Positions 23,191 to 36,266 are shown, numbered from the stretch's first letter. The stretch: DNA of 49,291 nt from Octopus bimaculoides (GCF_001194135.2 NC_068981.1:124497177-124546467), one strand, 5' to 3'. Numbers and translations: made by a program. The notes: a model not told the origin generated them from the letters alone.

Positions 23191-25129
23191 GGGGTACGTT
23201 CTACATAAGTGGGAGTTGATGGGGCTCCCTGGCTTCTCAATGATCTTAATGTTGAGTTTGGTCTCCTTCTGAGCCTTCCTAAATTTATGGGCTAGTTACC
23301 CATGGTGTGTAACCTTTACAAACATCGCTGTATATGTATGTATGTATATNNNNNNNNNNNNNNNNNNNNNNNNNNNNNNNNNNNNNNNNNNNNNNNNNNN
23401 NNNNNNNNNNNNNNNNNNNNNNNNNNNNNNNNNNNNNNNNNNNNNNNNNNNNNNNNNNNNNNNNNNNNNNNNNNNNNNNNNNNNNNNNNNNNNNNNNNNN
23501 NNNNNNNNNNNNNNNNNNNNNNNNNNNNNNNNNNNNNNNNNNNNNNNNNNNNNNNNNNNNNNNNNNNNNNNNNNNNNNNNNNNNNNNNNNNNNNNNNNNN
23601 NNNNNNNNNNNNNNNNNNNNNNNNNNNNNNNNNNNNNNNNNNNNNNNNNNNNNNNNNNNNNNNNNNNNNNNNNNNNNNNNNNNNNNNNNNNNNNNNNNNN
23701 NNNNNNNNNNNNNNNNNNNNNNNNNNNNNNNNNNNNNNNNNNNNNNNNNNNNNNNNNNNNNNNNNNNNNNNNNNNNNNNNNNNNNNNNNNNNNNNNNNNN
23801 NNNNNNNNNNNNNNNNNNNNNNNNNNNNNNNNNNNNNNNNNNNNNNNNNNNNNNNNNNNNNNNNNNNNNNNNNNNNNNNNNNNNNNNNNNNNNNNNNNNN
23901 NNNNNNNNNNNNNNNNNNNNNNNNNNNNNNNNNNNNNNNNNNNNNNNNNNNNNNNNNNNNNNNNNNNNNNNNNNNNNNNNNNNNNNNNNNNNNNNNNNNN
24001 NNNNNNNNNNNNNNNNNNNNNNNNNNNNNNNNNNNNNNNNNNNNNNNNNNNNNNNNNNNNNNNNNNNNNNNNNNNNNNNNNNNNNNNNNNNNNNNNNNNN
24101 NNNNNNNNNNNNNNNNNNNNNNNNNNNNNNNNNNNNNNNNNNNNNNNNNNNNNNNNNNNNNNNNNNNNNNNNNNNNNNNNNNNNNNNNNNNNNNNNNNNN
24201 NNNNNNNNNNNNNNNNNNNNNNNNNNNNNNNNNNNNNNNNNNNNNNNNNNNNNNNNNNNNNNNNNNNNNNNNNNNNNNNNNNNNNNNNNNNNNNNNNNNN
24301 NNNNNNNNNATATATATATATATATATAATATAAATCCCATTCTCTCTGTGTGTGTATAAGGTTATGACAGCCGTATTTTTCAACTGATCGCGCTGAAAT
24401 TTTACACATAAGTAAAAGACGTCACAGTGGGTGCATCAGTTAAATCTCATAACATAATCGTTAGTTTCAAAGTGAGATTTGCCCTTTTTTACTCAAAATC
24501 TTGATGGAATATCCGATTTCAGTAGCGCTTATTGGCCATCATTCAGCATATCACATACAAACCGCCGCTATGTTCGACCAATGCTGATCAGAGTGTTAAT
24601 TGTATTAAGCCTTCTAAGCAATTTCATGAAAGAACATATGTGATTGCAGTAAAAATCGATATCATCCTAGAATGAACTGTACTCGAACACGTGCATCCAA
24701 GCATGTCATTCTGTTTAATAAATAAGCTAACACAAAAGAGTAAGAAGACAAGGAAATTATTTTGAATAAGTAAAAATGAAATAAAATATTAACTTTAACG
24801 AATAAATGGCACTAATTGGCTATGAGTCAACTGTGTGAATATTTTCTCACCACAAAATTCAATTGACAGTAGAAAATGACAAATTGATTAGTAATTCAAC
24901 GTGGAAACTTGGATGACAAATATCTAAAACTTTAGCAAACAGTTTCTTATATAAAACAAAAAATGAGTGGTATTCTTAGACTTTTGCATGACTCACTTGA
25001 TTTGATACGTACATGCCCATTGTTTATTCTTTAATTGCATTTCATGAAGAAGGAATATTAGTATCAACATTCCAAGGCAAATTCTTCTTATCATTTTTAC
25101 CAATATTACAGTTCAAATTCATCGGTTAG

Positions 25130-25852
25130 ATTCTAATAAAAGCACTATAATGGGTTGCTTTGACAAGCTTCAAACCGGCGAAGTGGCGGTGCTTCTAAAC
25201 AAGTCTTAATAAGTGTGCTTCAAACCGTGATATTGTTCGTGAATGGCAAGTCTCGCGCCTTCAAAAAATAAATAAACTTCATCCTGCATATGATGCCCTC
25301 CAATATCCGTTATTGTTCGCCTATGGTGACGATGGCTACCATATTGACTTGTAAAAGTTTAATCCAAAAACGTTAACGGAAAACCATTTCACAAATGGAA
25401 TTTTATGCATTTCGGCTTATGGTTCGCAACAATAACATCAACATTCTTCATAGAGCACTGACGCTCCTCAGTCAATACTGTGTAGACGCATTTGCTAAGG
25501 TAGGTATTTCTTATTTTATGATTTCTTTCGGAAAATTTCCTTACCCAGGTCACTAACTATATTTACCCCACACATTTTTTCCCTTTCCAGATTGACACTA
25601 AATGCCTCTAATGGATAAGATACCATCAAAAGGAATTGCGTACAAAAAAATATGGCAATCTTCGTGACGAAGTCAACCGAAAAGATCAGGTTAATGCTTC
25701 GAATATTGGAGGTTCTGTCGTTCTCGCATCATCATACATTGGAGGCGCCCGGTACATGCATGAAAAAGTGCAGGATGCTCTCATTTATGTCCACCACTGT
25801 GGCCGTCCAGATCTTTTCATCGTCTTCACTTGCAATCCAAAATGGGTTGATA
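25130..25852 (+). mobile_element. Helitron Rep-domain fragment with a 91-nt GT-AG intron (25500-25590)
   Basis: LHPAYDALQYPLLFAYGDDGYH...EFYAFRLMVR...SQYCVDAFAK|IDT...LASSYIGGARYMHEKVQDALIYVHHCGRPDLFIVFTCNPKW; splicing restores the frame across the AK|ID junction. Confidence 0.9.
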
Positions 25853-26472
25853 CCCAGTCTCACTTCGTGGCCCAAATCTTCCAGATAGCCACGCTTTCAT
25901 CAGAGATGCCTCAGACACATTCTCAATGTTGGCTGGACCTAAAAAATTCCAGGCACACAGGTCCTGAGGACAGCTGATATCTTGAGTATTGAGGCAATGG
26001 TCCACAAGCAGCGGTTACGTTGGACTGGACACCTTATTAGAATGAAGGATAGCAGGATTCCTGAGCAGATGCTATATGCAGAACTTGTGAATGGAAGGAG
26101 ACTCCGGCAGAAACCAAGGCTGCGATTTAAGGACTATGCCAAGTCCTCATTAAAGGCCTGTGATATGCTGGACACTGACTGGGAGAACAATGCCTGTCAT
26201 CACCACAGATGGAGGAAGCAGGTTAAGGAGGGGATCGACACTTTTGAGAGAGCACGTATCCAGCATGAAGAACTTAAGCGAGCTGCACGAAAGCACACGG
26301 CTCGTATAGTGAATGTGGAAAGCTTGGTCTGCAATGTTTGCAGTCGTGTATGCTTGTCAAGAGCAGGGCGCATTAGCCACCAACGGAGCCGCAAATGCAA
26401 AATATAAGTTAGTCCTAGAGCGCACAATGTTCCTGAAGGTCGGCAATGGTTTTCCTCGGTCACGAGTGGACG
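25853..26472 (+). mobile_element. RTE/BovB-like LINE 3' portion with (ATGT)n tail
   Basis: RFHQRCLRHIL, QRLRWTGHLIRMKDSRIPEQMLYAEL..GRR...PRLRFKD, C2H2 finger VCNVCSRVCLSRAGRISHQR*. Confidence 0.9.
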
Positions 26473-26586
26473 GCCATCATGTATGTATGTATGTTTGTAT
26501 ATATCTATCCATCTATAGTCTTGTGAATGGAAACTGAAATAACTCTGTCGTTAGTATGTATGTATGTATGTATGTATGTATGTATG

Positions 26587-26627
<41 letters not shown>

Positions 26628-26676
26628 GTCTATACACAGACGCGCGCGCATATATGCATACTTCTATGCATGCGTG

Positions 26677-26880
26677 TATTTGTGTTTGCTCTATATTTGT
26701 GACCCCACCGCCTGACAACAAGTGTTATTTGTTGTTCCCTTAACATAGCAGTTCAGCAAAAGAGACCGATAGAATTAGTACCAACCTTATAGAATAACTA
26801 CTGGGATCCATGAGTGCGAGTAAACCGTTCAAAGCGGTACCTTAGCATGGTCGTAGTTCAGTGAGTGTAACAAATAAAAA
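26677..26880 (+). mobile_element. SINE family D 3' fragment
   Basis: gcaaaagagaccgatagaattagtacc is the reverse complement of the motif at ~10822-10850. Confidence 0.65.
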
Positions 26881-26892
26881 CATATATAAATA

Positions 26893-27402
26893 TAGGGTGA
26901 CCTCCGCTACCAAAAAAAAAAAAACAGAGCCCATAAAAATTTTATTAAATCCTAAAAGGTCCTGCAAATTTCTTGAAATTCTTGGCATAAAAGTCATGTT
27001 CTTTTTAAAATATACTCCAAATGACACACGTCGCTCAAACACTTACATACGTCGCGTAAAATTGTCAATTACTCGAACACATTTTTCTTTGGGGATTTCC
27101 CTGATTTCTGCTTTCAGTTCACCTATCGTTTGAGGTTTGTTCTAGTAAACATCCTTGAGATACCTCCAGAGATAAAAATCTGGGTGGTTTAAATCCAGTG
27201 AATGCGGTGCCAACTCAACGTCACATCTGTTGATCAGTCTCTCCTGACTTCGGTCTCAGCCAGGTTAGGGAGCCATTTGATGCGTAGGGGCTGACCCCGT
27301 CTTGCTGGAACCACTGTTCATCTCGATCTATCCCTCTACGTCATTTTATTTAAACAGTTTTATTCAAAGATTTGTGGGCTCTGTTTTTTGGGGGTCACCC
27401 TG
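26893..27402 (-). mobile_element. Internally deleted IS630-Tc1-mariner element with TIRs and TA TSD
   Basis: ta|tagggtgacc...aaaaaacagagccc and gggctctgttttttgggggtcaccctg|ta; minus strand DFYLWRYLKDVY*NKPQTIGELKAEIREIPKEKCVRVIDNFTRR. Confidence 0.85.
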
Positions 27403-27777
27403 TACATATATGATATACATACGTATAGACAAGTTAAAATAATGGTCATAACATATAATTCCTTTATTATAGCAAACTTGACTTACAGCTATTTCCAGTA
27501 GTCATATAGATAGGTTTACTCAATTGGTATATTGATCAACTGAGGTAAATTGAAAGACTTGAGAAAATTAATGATACCTTCGCCAGAGCCATTGCTGGAA
27601 ATAAACAGTAGAAAAGGTAAAGGCAGGATACAATGAGGCGGGATCAACTGAGTGAGTGGTACTTGGTAGAAGTAGCATATACATATATATATATATTATC
27701 TGCTGTTATTTACTCTGTCCGGTCAGAAAGTTAACATTGGTTTCACGCAAAACCAATGAAAACTTTCTGACTAGCCA

Positions 27778-29008
27778 CAAAATAATGGAAACACCTAGCA
27801 TCATAACATCATAATTTTGAAATATCGATAAAACCGTCAAAAGCTTGATTATTTTTATGCTTTTTGATTTATTATTAGTGTTGCTAAATATGTTTTGCTA
27901 AAATTGCTGTTTCTTTTGAGATACCATCAGAAAAAGGTAATTAAAATTCATTAAAATGACAGATCTATCGGACTTCCAAAGAGATCAAATTGCTGGTGCT
28001 CGTATAGCAGGCGCTAGCGTAACGAAAACTGCCGAAATGTTTGGTGTATCAAGAGGTACTGTCTCGAAAGTAATGAAAGCCTTTGAGAAAGAGTGAAAAA
28101 CCTCATCGTAGAAACAAAACTCCGGAAGAAAACCAAAACTTTCAGATAAGGACCGTCGAACTCTTACGCAAATTGTTAGAAAGGATCACAAAAGTACAGC
28201 CCCCAAGATTACTGCAGAGCTTAATGACCACCTCCAGAACCTAGTTAGCACAAAAACTGTTCACCAGGAGCAGCACAAAGCTGGATTTCATGGGAGGGCT
28301 GCAATCAGAAAACCACTATTTTCAAAAACGAACATTTCAAAGCGTTTAGAGTGAAGTAAAAACCTACAGAATTGGTCTCTAGAGTAGTGGAAGAATGTTA
28401 TTTTCTCGGACAGTCATCCTTTACCTCATTTCCGACCACCGGCCGAATATACGGTGGAGACAGCAAAAAGAAGCATGTGACCCAGACTGCCTTCTTCCAA
28501 CTATTAAACATAGAGGAGGATCTGTTATGATCGGGGGAGGGGGCTATGTCTTGGAAATCCGCCGGCCCAATGGTTTCCCTTCATGGCAGAATTAATAGTC
28601 AAGACTATTTAAACATTTTATGTGATCAAATTCATCCTATGGTTGTGGAACTGTTTCTGGAGGGAAACGCATCCTTTCAGGATGAGAATGCATCAATTCA
28701 CAGAGCTAAACTTGTTACTGAATGGCACGAGGAACATTCTAGTGAAGTTGAACATCTTATCTGGCCACCACTGTCCCCAGATTTCCATATTATAGAACAT
28801 TTATGGTGCATTTTAGAAAAGCAAGTAAGGAGTCGATATCCTCTACCATAATCACTATAAGAACTGAAGACTGTTTCCTTTGGAAACAATTCAAACTTTG
28901 TACGAGTCCATACCTCGTGGAATTCAAGCTGTAATTACTGCCAAAGGCGGTCCTACCCCATATTAAAATACATTTTTAAGGTGTTTCCATTACTTTGTCT
29001 AACCCCTG
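27778..29008 (+). mobile_element. Near full-length Tc1-like transposon; transposase pseudogene about 27956-28966; outer left TIR missing
   Basis: MTDLSDFQRDQIAGARIAGASVTKTAEMFGVSRGTVSKV..., IFSD, FQDENASIH, WPPLSPDFHIIEHLW; right TIR ggtgtttccattactttgtctaacccctg|ta; left remnant caaaataatggaaacacc. Confidence 0.92.
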
Positions 29009-29093
29009 TATATGTGTGTATGTGTGCGCGCGTGCGCGTGTGTCTGTTTGTGTCTGTGTGTTTCTGTGTCTGTGTGTTTCTGTGTGTGTGTGT

Positions 29094-29428
29094 GGAGGCG
29101 CAATGGTCCAGTGGTTAGGGCAGCGGACTTGCGGTCGTGGGATCGCGGTTTCGATTCCCAGACTGGGCGTTGTGAGTGTTTATTGAGCGAAAACGCCTAA
29201 AGCTCCACGAAGCTCTGGCAGGGGTTGGTGGTGAATCCTGCTGTTCTCTTTCACCACGATTTTCTCTCATTCTTTCTTCCTGTTTCTGTTGTACCTGTAT
29301 TTCAAAGGGTTGGGCTTGTCACACACTGTGTCACGCTGAATCTCCCCGACAACTATGTTCAGGGTACACGTGTCTGTGGAGTGCTCAGCCACTTACACGT
29401 TAATTTCACGAGCTGGGTGCCACGACGA
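29094..29428 (+). mobile_element. SINE family B, with deletion near the 3' end
   Basis: Aligns to the reverse complement of 4623-5008 over about 320 nt. Confidence 0.9.
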
Positions 29429-29760
29429 TATATATATATATAAGGAAAATAAGACAAAGCAGAAAATGCTTAAGCAATTTCATCATGAAGAACATTTTAG
29501 TGGATAAATTAAATGAAATATTTTTTTAAATATTTCCACAGTTTTCAAATGCAAGGGACATTTTCTTTTTTCCTGTCTGTCTACAATTTATCTGAAAATT
29601 ACAAGTTACTTTCAAAGTATTGTTAGGGTCTATGGACTGATATTCTTAATGTATACAGATTTGTGAGATATATACATAAGTTTTAGGAGTTATTTACAAA
29701 TATTTCAAGGGTGGAGAGAAGAATTGATTGTTGTTCTGTTCTAGTGGGGGTTGGTTGTTC

Positions 29761-30720
29761 CTAAAATGAATTAATGTTCAGTTCTGGTTTATATTTCTGG
29801 ATGAATGAGGCTTCTTTATTAAGACGAGCTTGTGTTGAGGTCCAGTCAGCAAATTTGTACAGAAGGAATATATAGAATTGTGGTTGCAATTGTTTAGCAC
29901 ATAGGTCAATATGTTCGCTGAGATATATCTGGCGATATTGTGGTGAAGCTATTTGTTGACGGTGCACCGTACAGCGGCGTTGGATTTTCCCGTACTTCCG
30001 ACATAATCTTTCTGGCAGCCCGAGCATCTGATCACATAAATTAGATTTTCGAACGCACAAGTGAAATGTGATTTGATTGTAAAATGTTGCCCTTGTTTGA
30101 AATCGTATTCTGACCCTTCGAAAAGGTTGGGACATGTTCTACAGTTGGAGTGATTACATTTTTTCACTTTTGCGTTGGTTGTAGTTGGGGGTAATTTTGC
30201 ATTTGCTAGTATTTTCTTTAGTGAGTTTGACTGTTTGTTGCTTTTGACTATTTTAAGGTAACGTAGAATTCTGTTCAGTTTAGGGTCTTATGTAGTATTG
30301 GTAGATTTTTGCATGCTTGTGTTGAATGCTTCTTTGTTTCTGGGGTTGTATGTTGATATGTAGGGTTGTATGTTTTAAGAGTAGGCTTGTTGTTGTCTGT
30401 GGTTTTTCTTAGTGCCTCAGTATTGATGGATTTCGCACGTTTTATCCCTTCATTTATAAGTTGGATTGGATAGTGCCTGTCCAGGAGTATGTTTTGAGTT
30501 CTTGTAATCTTAAATCCCTGGTATTTATGTTTTGAGTTCTTGTAATCTTAAATCCTTGGTATTTTTCTTCGAAACGATGGTGCAGATACTTCTTGTGAGA
30601 TTGAAGAGGATGTTTGTTTTCGTATGTCTCGGGTGACAAGAGCTAAAAAGAAGGTATTGCATAGTATCTGTCATTTTATAAAAGATGTCTGTTTCTATTT
30701 TGTTGTTGTTGACTGCAAAA
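29761..30720 (-). mobile_element. Penelope-like retroelement fragment 2
   Basis: KIETDIFYKMTDTMQYLLFSSCHPRHTKTNI, KKCNHSNCRTCPNL, NLIYVIRCSGCQKDYVGST (GIY-YIG), LSEHIDLC...RLNKEASFIQKYKP; 38-bp tandem duplication at 30488-30563. Confidence 0.92.
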
Positions 30721-31002
30721 ATTGACTGCAAAAATTATTGTCAACAACAAAAATGGTGTCCCCATGATTTTAAAAAATTTTCCCTGTACTGAAATCTGAG
30801 ACCTTGGAAGTTTAATAAACGTAAGACGCGAAACCAGTACTCCCAGTTTATTATATAATGTAGTNNNNNNNNNNNNNNNNNNNNNNNNNNNNNNNNNNNN
30901 TTTTTATTCTACAAAAGTATAGAATAACCCTTCAGATTAATGCCAAAATGTATTTGTTATAACTGGACATAAAAATGAAGATTAATATGATTACACACAC
31001 AG

Positions 31003-31051
<49 letters not shown>

Positions 31052-31102
31052 TACACACACACGCACGAACGCGCGCACACACACACTTACATACACACAC
31101 AA

Positions 31103-32358
31103 TCGTGAGTTGGCTGAAAAGCTCATAGGCTGTCCAAGATCTCATCATAGAATGTGACCGAATGTGGTTCCCCTTGCGGCCAACACATTTCTTCCATCGG
31201 TGTCGCAATGTTTGGATCCAACTGGTGAAGAAGCTTCCCTCCCTGTTGCTCGAAAAAGTATTCAACGGCAGATGTGACGTCATTATAACTTCGATTCTGG
31301 TTCCCAGCCAAGAGTTTTTTTTTCTCGTGTTGGAGAGACAAATGATAGTCAGATGGGGCCAAATCAGGAAAATAGGGACGGTGATCAACCAGTTCAAAGC
31401 CACAGTCATACACACCAGCCACTGAAGCCGAAGACTTGTGAGCTGGAGCATAGTCTTTATGAAACAAAACTCCATTCGTCAGTTTTCTTGGACGTTTAGT
31501 CTTCGTAACTGTCTCAGCAAGTTGGTATAGTACCCTTTTTCGACAGTATGACCTTTTTGAAGATAATCAATAAATACAATGACTTTTGCATCTCAAACAG
31601 GGAGGCCATCACCTTCTCTGCAGATGAAACGACCTTGGCCTTCTTTTGAACAGGTGAGGTGGAGGTTTTTCCACGGCATGGATTATCTCTTTTTCTCTGG
31701 CTCAAAGTGATGAACCCATCACACATTCCGGTTAAGGAAACGTTCAAGGTAACCAGCTGGATCCGCCTCAAGCAATGTCTGATTTTCCTGTAATGCGATC
31801 AGCTTCTTGCGCTTTTGATCAGATGTCAGAAGACGTAGCACCCACCGAAGAGAATATTCTCAACTCTCTTATGGCATACGTTAATAGCATTGACTATTTG
31901 ATTTATAGTCAATCGTCTGCCATCTGTCACCATATACTGAACAATGTTTTCCTCGGTGATGGTAGTTGCAGGACATCCAGACCTTTGGTCATCTTCAAGA
32001 CTTTCTCTTCCTCTCCTAAATTCAGCTGCTCACTTTTGCACTGCTGATAAAGCTGGAGCGTCATCCCTTAATGTAACAACCATGTGAACATGAATGTCTT
32101 TAAGAACCAAACCGTTTTTCTGCAGGTATTGATAACACCACGGTGACAAATTTTATCCACTTTCAAGAGAAGTTGCTACTAGTTATTTTCGAAGTCTTCT
32201 TTGAAAAATCAGATGTCAGTTTACATGACCCCCTCCCCAAAAGAAAAAAAAAACAATGTAGTTCTTAACAAGAAAGATTGAATTTAATGCATGAAAGATT
32301 TCGCAGTTTTAGCATCACGCCTTCATAGTCAGCCTTTGAACTTTTCAGCTCACCCCTG
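31103..32358 (-). mobile_element. Full-length decayed mariner transposon (about 1.25 kb)
   Basis: Imperfect TIRs (..gttggctgaaaagctcataggct / agcctttgaacttttcagctcacccctg|ta); APAHKSS...CGFELVDHRPYFPDLAPSDYHL. Confidence 0.88.
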
Positions 32359-32722
32359 TATGCATGTGTCTGAGTGTTCACATATGTGTACACATGTATG
32401 TATGTGTGTATGTATGTATGTAATGTATGTATGTATATATGCAGGTATATGTGTGACTCCAGCCTATGGTTGGTAAGTATCAAATAGGATACTCCGGTTG
32501 TGCACACAGAAAACCAACTCTATGAGTATTTAGCGAGGTTTTTGTAATATTCTCATTCTTCTATTTAAAATGCGTAAGAAACAGGTGTTATGTCTGTTAT
32601 TATTCATTTGATTATATACAATGGAGTGCAAAAGTAGGTATACAGTCATGAAAAAAGAAAACACGTAAATACTCATTTATTTTTATCAAAACAATTAAAA
32701 GTTACGATAAAAGTAGTAATTA

Positions 32723-32881
32723 TAGTCGAGCAAATCGACCCCAGGACTTAGCCTTTGTAAGCGTGGTACTTATTCTATCGGTCTCTTTTGCTGAACCGCT
32801 AATTTACGGGGGACATAAACATACCAGCATCGGTTGTCAAGCGATGGTGAGGAGACAAACGCAGACACACACACACACACG

Positions 32882-32917
<36 letters not shown>

Positions 32918-33330
32918 NNNNNNNNNNNNNNNNNNNNNNNNNNNNNNNNNNNNNNNNNNNNNNNNNNNNNNNNNNNNNNNNNNNNNNNNNNNNNNNNNNN
33001 NNNNNNNNNNNNNNNNNNNNNNNNNNNNNNNNNNNNNNNNNNNNNNNNNNNNNNNNNNNNNNNNNNNNNNNNNNNNNNNNNNNNNNNNNNNNNNNNNNNN
33101 NNNNNNNNNNNNNNNNNNNNNNNNNNNNNNNNNNNNNNNNNNNNNNNNNATATATATATATATATATATATACGACGGGCTTCTTTCAGTTTCCGTCTAC
33201 CAGATCCACTCACAAGGCTTTGGTCGGCTCCAGGCTATAGTAGAAGACACTTGTCCAAGGTGCCACGTAGTGGGACTGAACCCGGAACGGTTGATAAGCA
33301 AGCTACTTACCACACAGCCACTCCTGCGCC
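32723..33330 (-). mobile_element. SINE family D spanning an assembly gap
   Basis: Head ggcgcaggagtggctgtgtggtaag...gggttcagtccc; matches 10721-11098. Confidence 0.88.
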
Positions 33331-33558
33331 TATAGCTACTCCCAGCAGCAATTCAAAAGTAAGCTACTTTGAGAAAATCTGAGCAATTCTACAAAGCGTA
33401 AATTTTTAATTGCTATCTATTCCAAAATTGTTTAAATATAGTTACAGTTCATTTAATCTTAGTAATCATTTCTTCTAGATCAGAGTCAGACCTAAATACA
33501 AATGAATACAAATTCATCAGCCATTACGAAACACAATGACAAGTCTCTTTAGCTTTAT

Positions 33559-33610
<52 letters not shown>

Positions 33611-33847
33611 TTGTTTATTTAATAGCATATTTATTTATTTATCTATTTATTTATTTATTTTTTAGGTTACTTAAGTGTGGGTGTTTGAGAAAGACAGACA
33701 ATTAGTACAAAAAGTTTTTCTTACCATTGTGACCTCACTCTTTCTCCCACCTGTCTTTCTCTCTCCTTCTCTCTCTCTCTCTCTCCCTTTTCTCTCTTTA
33801 TCTCATATTACAATACGTGTATAGATAGATAAATACAGCTATAGATA

Positions 33848-33881
<34 letters not shown>

Positions 33882-34113
33882 CTGTGTGTGTGTGTGTACA
33901 TGTTTGTGTGTATATGTTTGTGTGTATGAATGTATCTCAGTGTGACAAAAAGAAAGAAAGAAAGAAAGAAAGAAAATATGTGGAAATGAAAGAAAACTCA
34001 TGTCAGTGTGAATTTTAGATTCGAACAAATGGTTGAAACAGGACATATATTGTGAACATTTTCTTTTCTTTAAATTCAGTTGCAAAGGGTGAATATGCAT
34101 ACATATATACATT

Positions 34114-34123
<10 letters not shown>

Positions 34124-34207
<84 letters not shown>
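34124..34207. repeat. (CA)n microsatellite
   Basis: Directly visible. Confidence 0.95.
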
Positions 34208-34209
<2 letters not shown>

Positions 34210-34997
34210 AGCGTTATATGAATGTATGCATGCATGGATGGATGCATATATGTAAGTATATTATGTATGTATGCATACATAATCTAGTGTTGACTAATTC
34301 GCACTCAACAGGTTATGTGATGGCGCGAAGCTAGAATTAATGGCTACAATGGGAATATATTTGTTTTGTACTACACGCAATAAAGAATATTTTGTTTGTG
34401 TTCGTAGTTCGTAACCTGGCATTCAAACAACAGACATATAAACATACATAGAAAAGCACGGAGAGGTGCTGAATAGTTCCTGGCTTTGGGTAAAAGAAAA
34501 TACAGGAGGATCAGTTAATTACGATTTTATTCAACATATTCCTCTCTTAGAATCACACACTTCTAACAGCGATTCTGTAATTTTTCTAAGCCTTGTAAAA
34601 AAAACTCGGAAGGTTGGGCTGCAACTAGGCCTTTCGCGAGACCCTTAAAAATTAAGGCCAGAAAGTTTTCAGCACCCTTTGCATATAGGTGATTGGCTTT
34701 TCCCCTCGCTGATCGACGGTATTGCAGACAGTAACTTAACCATTTCAGCTGTAACTAGGCTGTTTCTAGGAGCAATTGGCCTGCGCAGAATACTCTTACA
34801 TTTCTCCACTCATGGATACGTCATGAAGGAAAGACATACCAATAAGTTCGCAGAGTTTTCCAGATAATTTTGGTATAACCACTCATATCTGCTTTAGTGT
34901 TCCTCCCTTTGTAGAAGTTTACTTCCTTAGCCTTTTTTTAAACGCTCAATAAATTTTCCCAAAAGACATCAGGGTTTTATTATTAGAGAGGGCATGA

Positions 34998-35203
34998 GGG
35001 CGGCGAGTTGGAAGAGTCATTAGCTCGTCGGACGAAATGCTTAGCGGTATTTCACCTGTTGTTACGTTCTGAGGTCGACTTTGCCTTTCATCCTTTCGAG
35101 AATCGATAAATTAAGTTCCAGTGAAACGTTGGAATCGATGTAATCGACTAGTCTCCTCCCCGAAAATTTCAGGCCTTGTGCCTTTAGTAGAAAAGATTAT
35201 TAT
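34998..35203 (+). mobile_element. SINE family A (tail type 1)
   Basis: Aligns with 15177-15397, with a short deletion around the B box. Confidence 0.85.
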
Positions 35204-35355
35204 AGTGGGCATGGTATACTTGAATATATCCGTCTACGAGATTGTGCGAAACTTAAAATGATGGTTAGAATGAGAACAGAAGCGGATAATAAATTATATA
35301 GATATTTGTCGTATTTTACGCGTACAAGCTGCAACAGAAAAACCTCCATTGATGT

Positions 35356-35465
35356 GGCGATAATGAAGTTAAGCAGGCGATAATGAAGTTAAGCAGGCGA
35401 TAATGAAGTTAAGCAGGCGATAATGAAATTAAGCAGGCGATAATGAAGTTAAGCAGGCGATAATG
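35356..35465. repeat. 20-bp minisatellite (ggcgataatgaagttaagca) x 5.5
   Basis: Five full units (one g>a variant) plus a 10-nt partial unit. Confidence 0.97.
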
Positions 35466-36097
35466 GTGTTTACATGTGCTTAATGTTTTATTGTCTTTTT
35501 TTGTTCCTTTTTTTCTTTCTTTAATTATCATCATGATTTGCATCACTTACGCTCATCATGAATTGCGAAACTGAAGGTTTAAGTAATCTTGGGTTTGTTC
35601 GCAACCCGACTTGCAAATATAACATGCATGATGATTTGCCTCATCTTGTCAAGTGAATAACCGTTCCACATTCAGCCTGATTGTCCTAATCCCCTTTCAA
35701 ACCTACATGTGTGCGGATATAACTTTTCTTGCCATTCATCCATCATCATAGCACCTTTATAGAATGCGTAACGAATCAAGAAATGAAATGGAGTGACATT
35801 TGTATGTCATTGGATTTAAGGTAGGTTCCACTGACAAGCATTGCAAGATGACTGACATTAATTGATTTCAAGTTTTATATCGGACTAACTTTGTCCTAGA
35901 AGCGTTATCTTCTCATGGCTTTGTCAACAGAAACCCCTTCCAAACCTGAGAAATCTCTTTAACCCAAATATAGGCCCCTGAGACATAAATAGGACCTAGG
36001 ATTGATGGTACTTAAGGAGTGACTCCGTGTCTGTCACAACCCCAGTGCTCCTAAACAGGAACCTGATCACCATTACGCCATATGCCCGTAGGCTTAT

Positions 36098-36160
36098 GGC
36101 TAAGTAGTGGTTAAGAGCCCGGGCTACTAACCTCAAGATTCCGAGTTCGATTTCAGGCAG
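36098..36160 (+). pseudogene. tRNA-derived sequence (SINE-like head), not an intact tRNA
   Basis: A-box-like tagtggttaag (36105-36115), anticodon-loop-like ctactaa, B-box-like gagttcgatttc (36143-36154); stems imperfect. Confidence 0.6.
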
Positions 36161-36163
36161 TAA

Positions 36164-36167
<4 letters not shown>

Positions 36168-36235
<68 letters not shown>

Positions 36236-36266
36236 TGATGATGATAATAATAATAATAATAATAAC

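Noticed and set aside
35356-35465. CRISPR-like array
   Set aside because: Contiguous tandem units with no spacers, eukaryotic context, no cas genes.
36098-36160. Functional tRNA gene (ACT anticodon)
   Set aside because: Acceptor, anticodon and T stems pair poorly; better read as a tRNA-derived repeat head. tRNAscan-SE would settle it.
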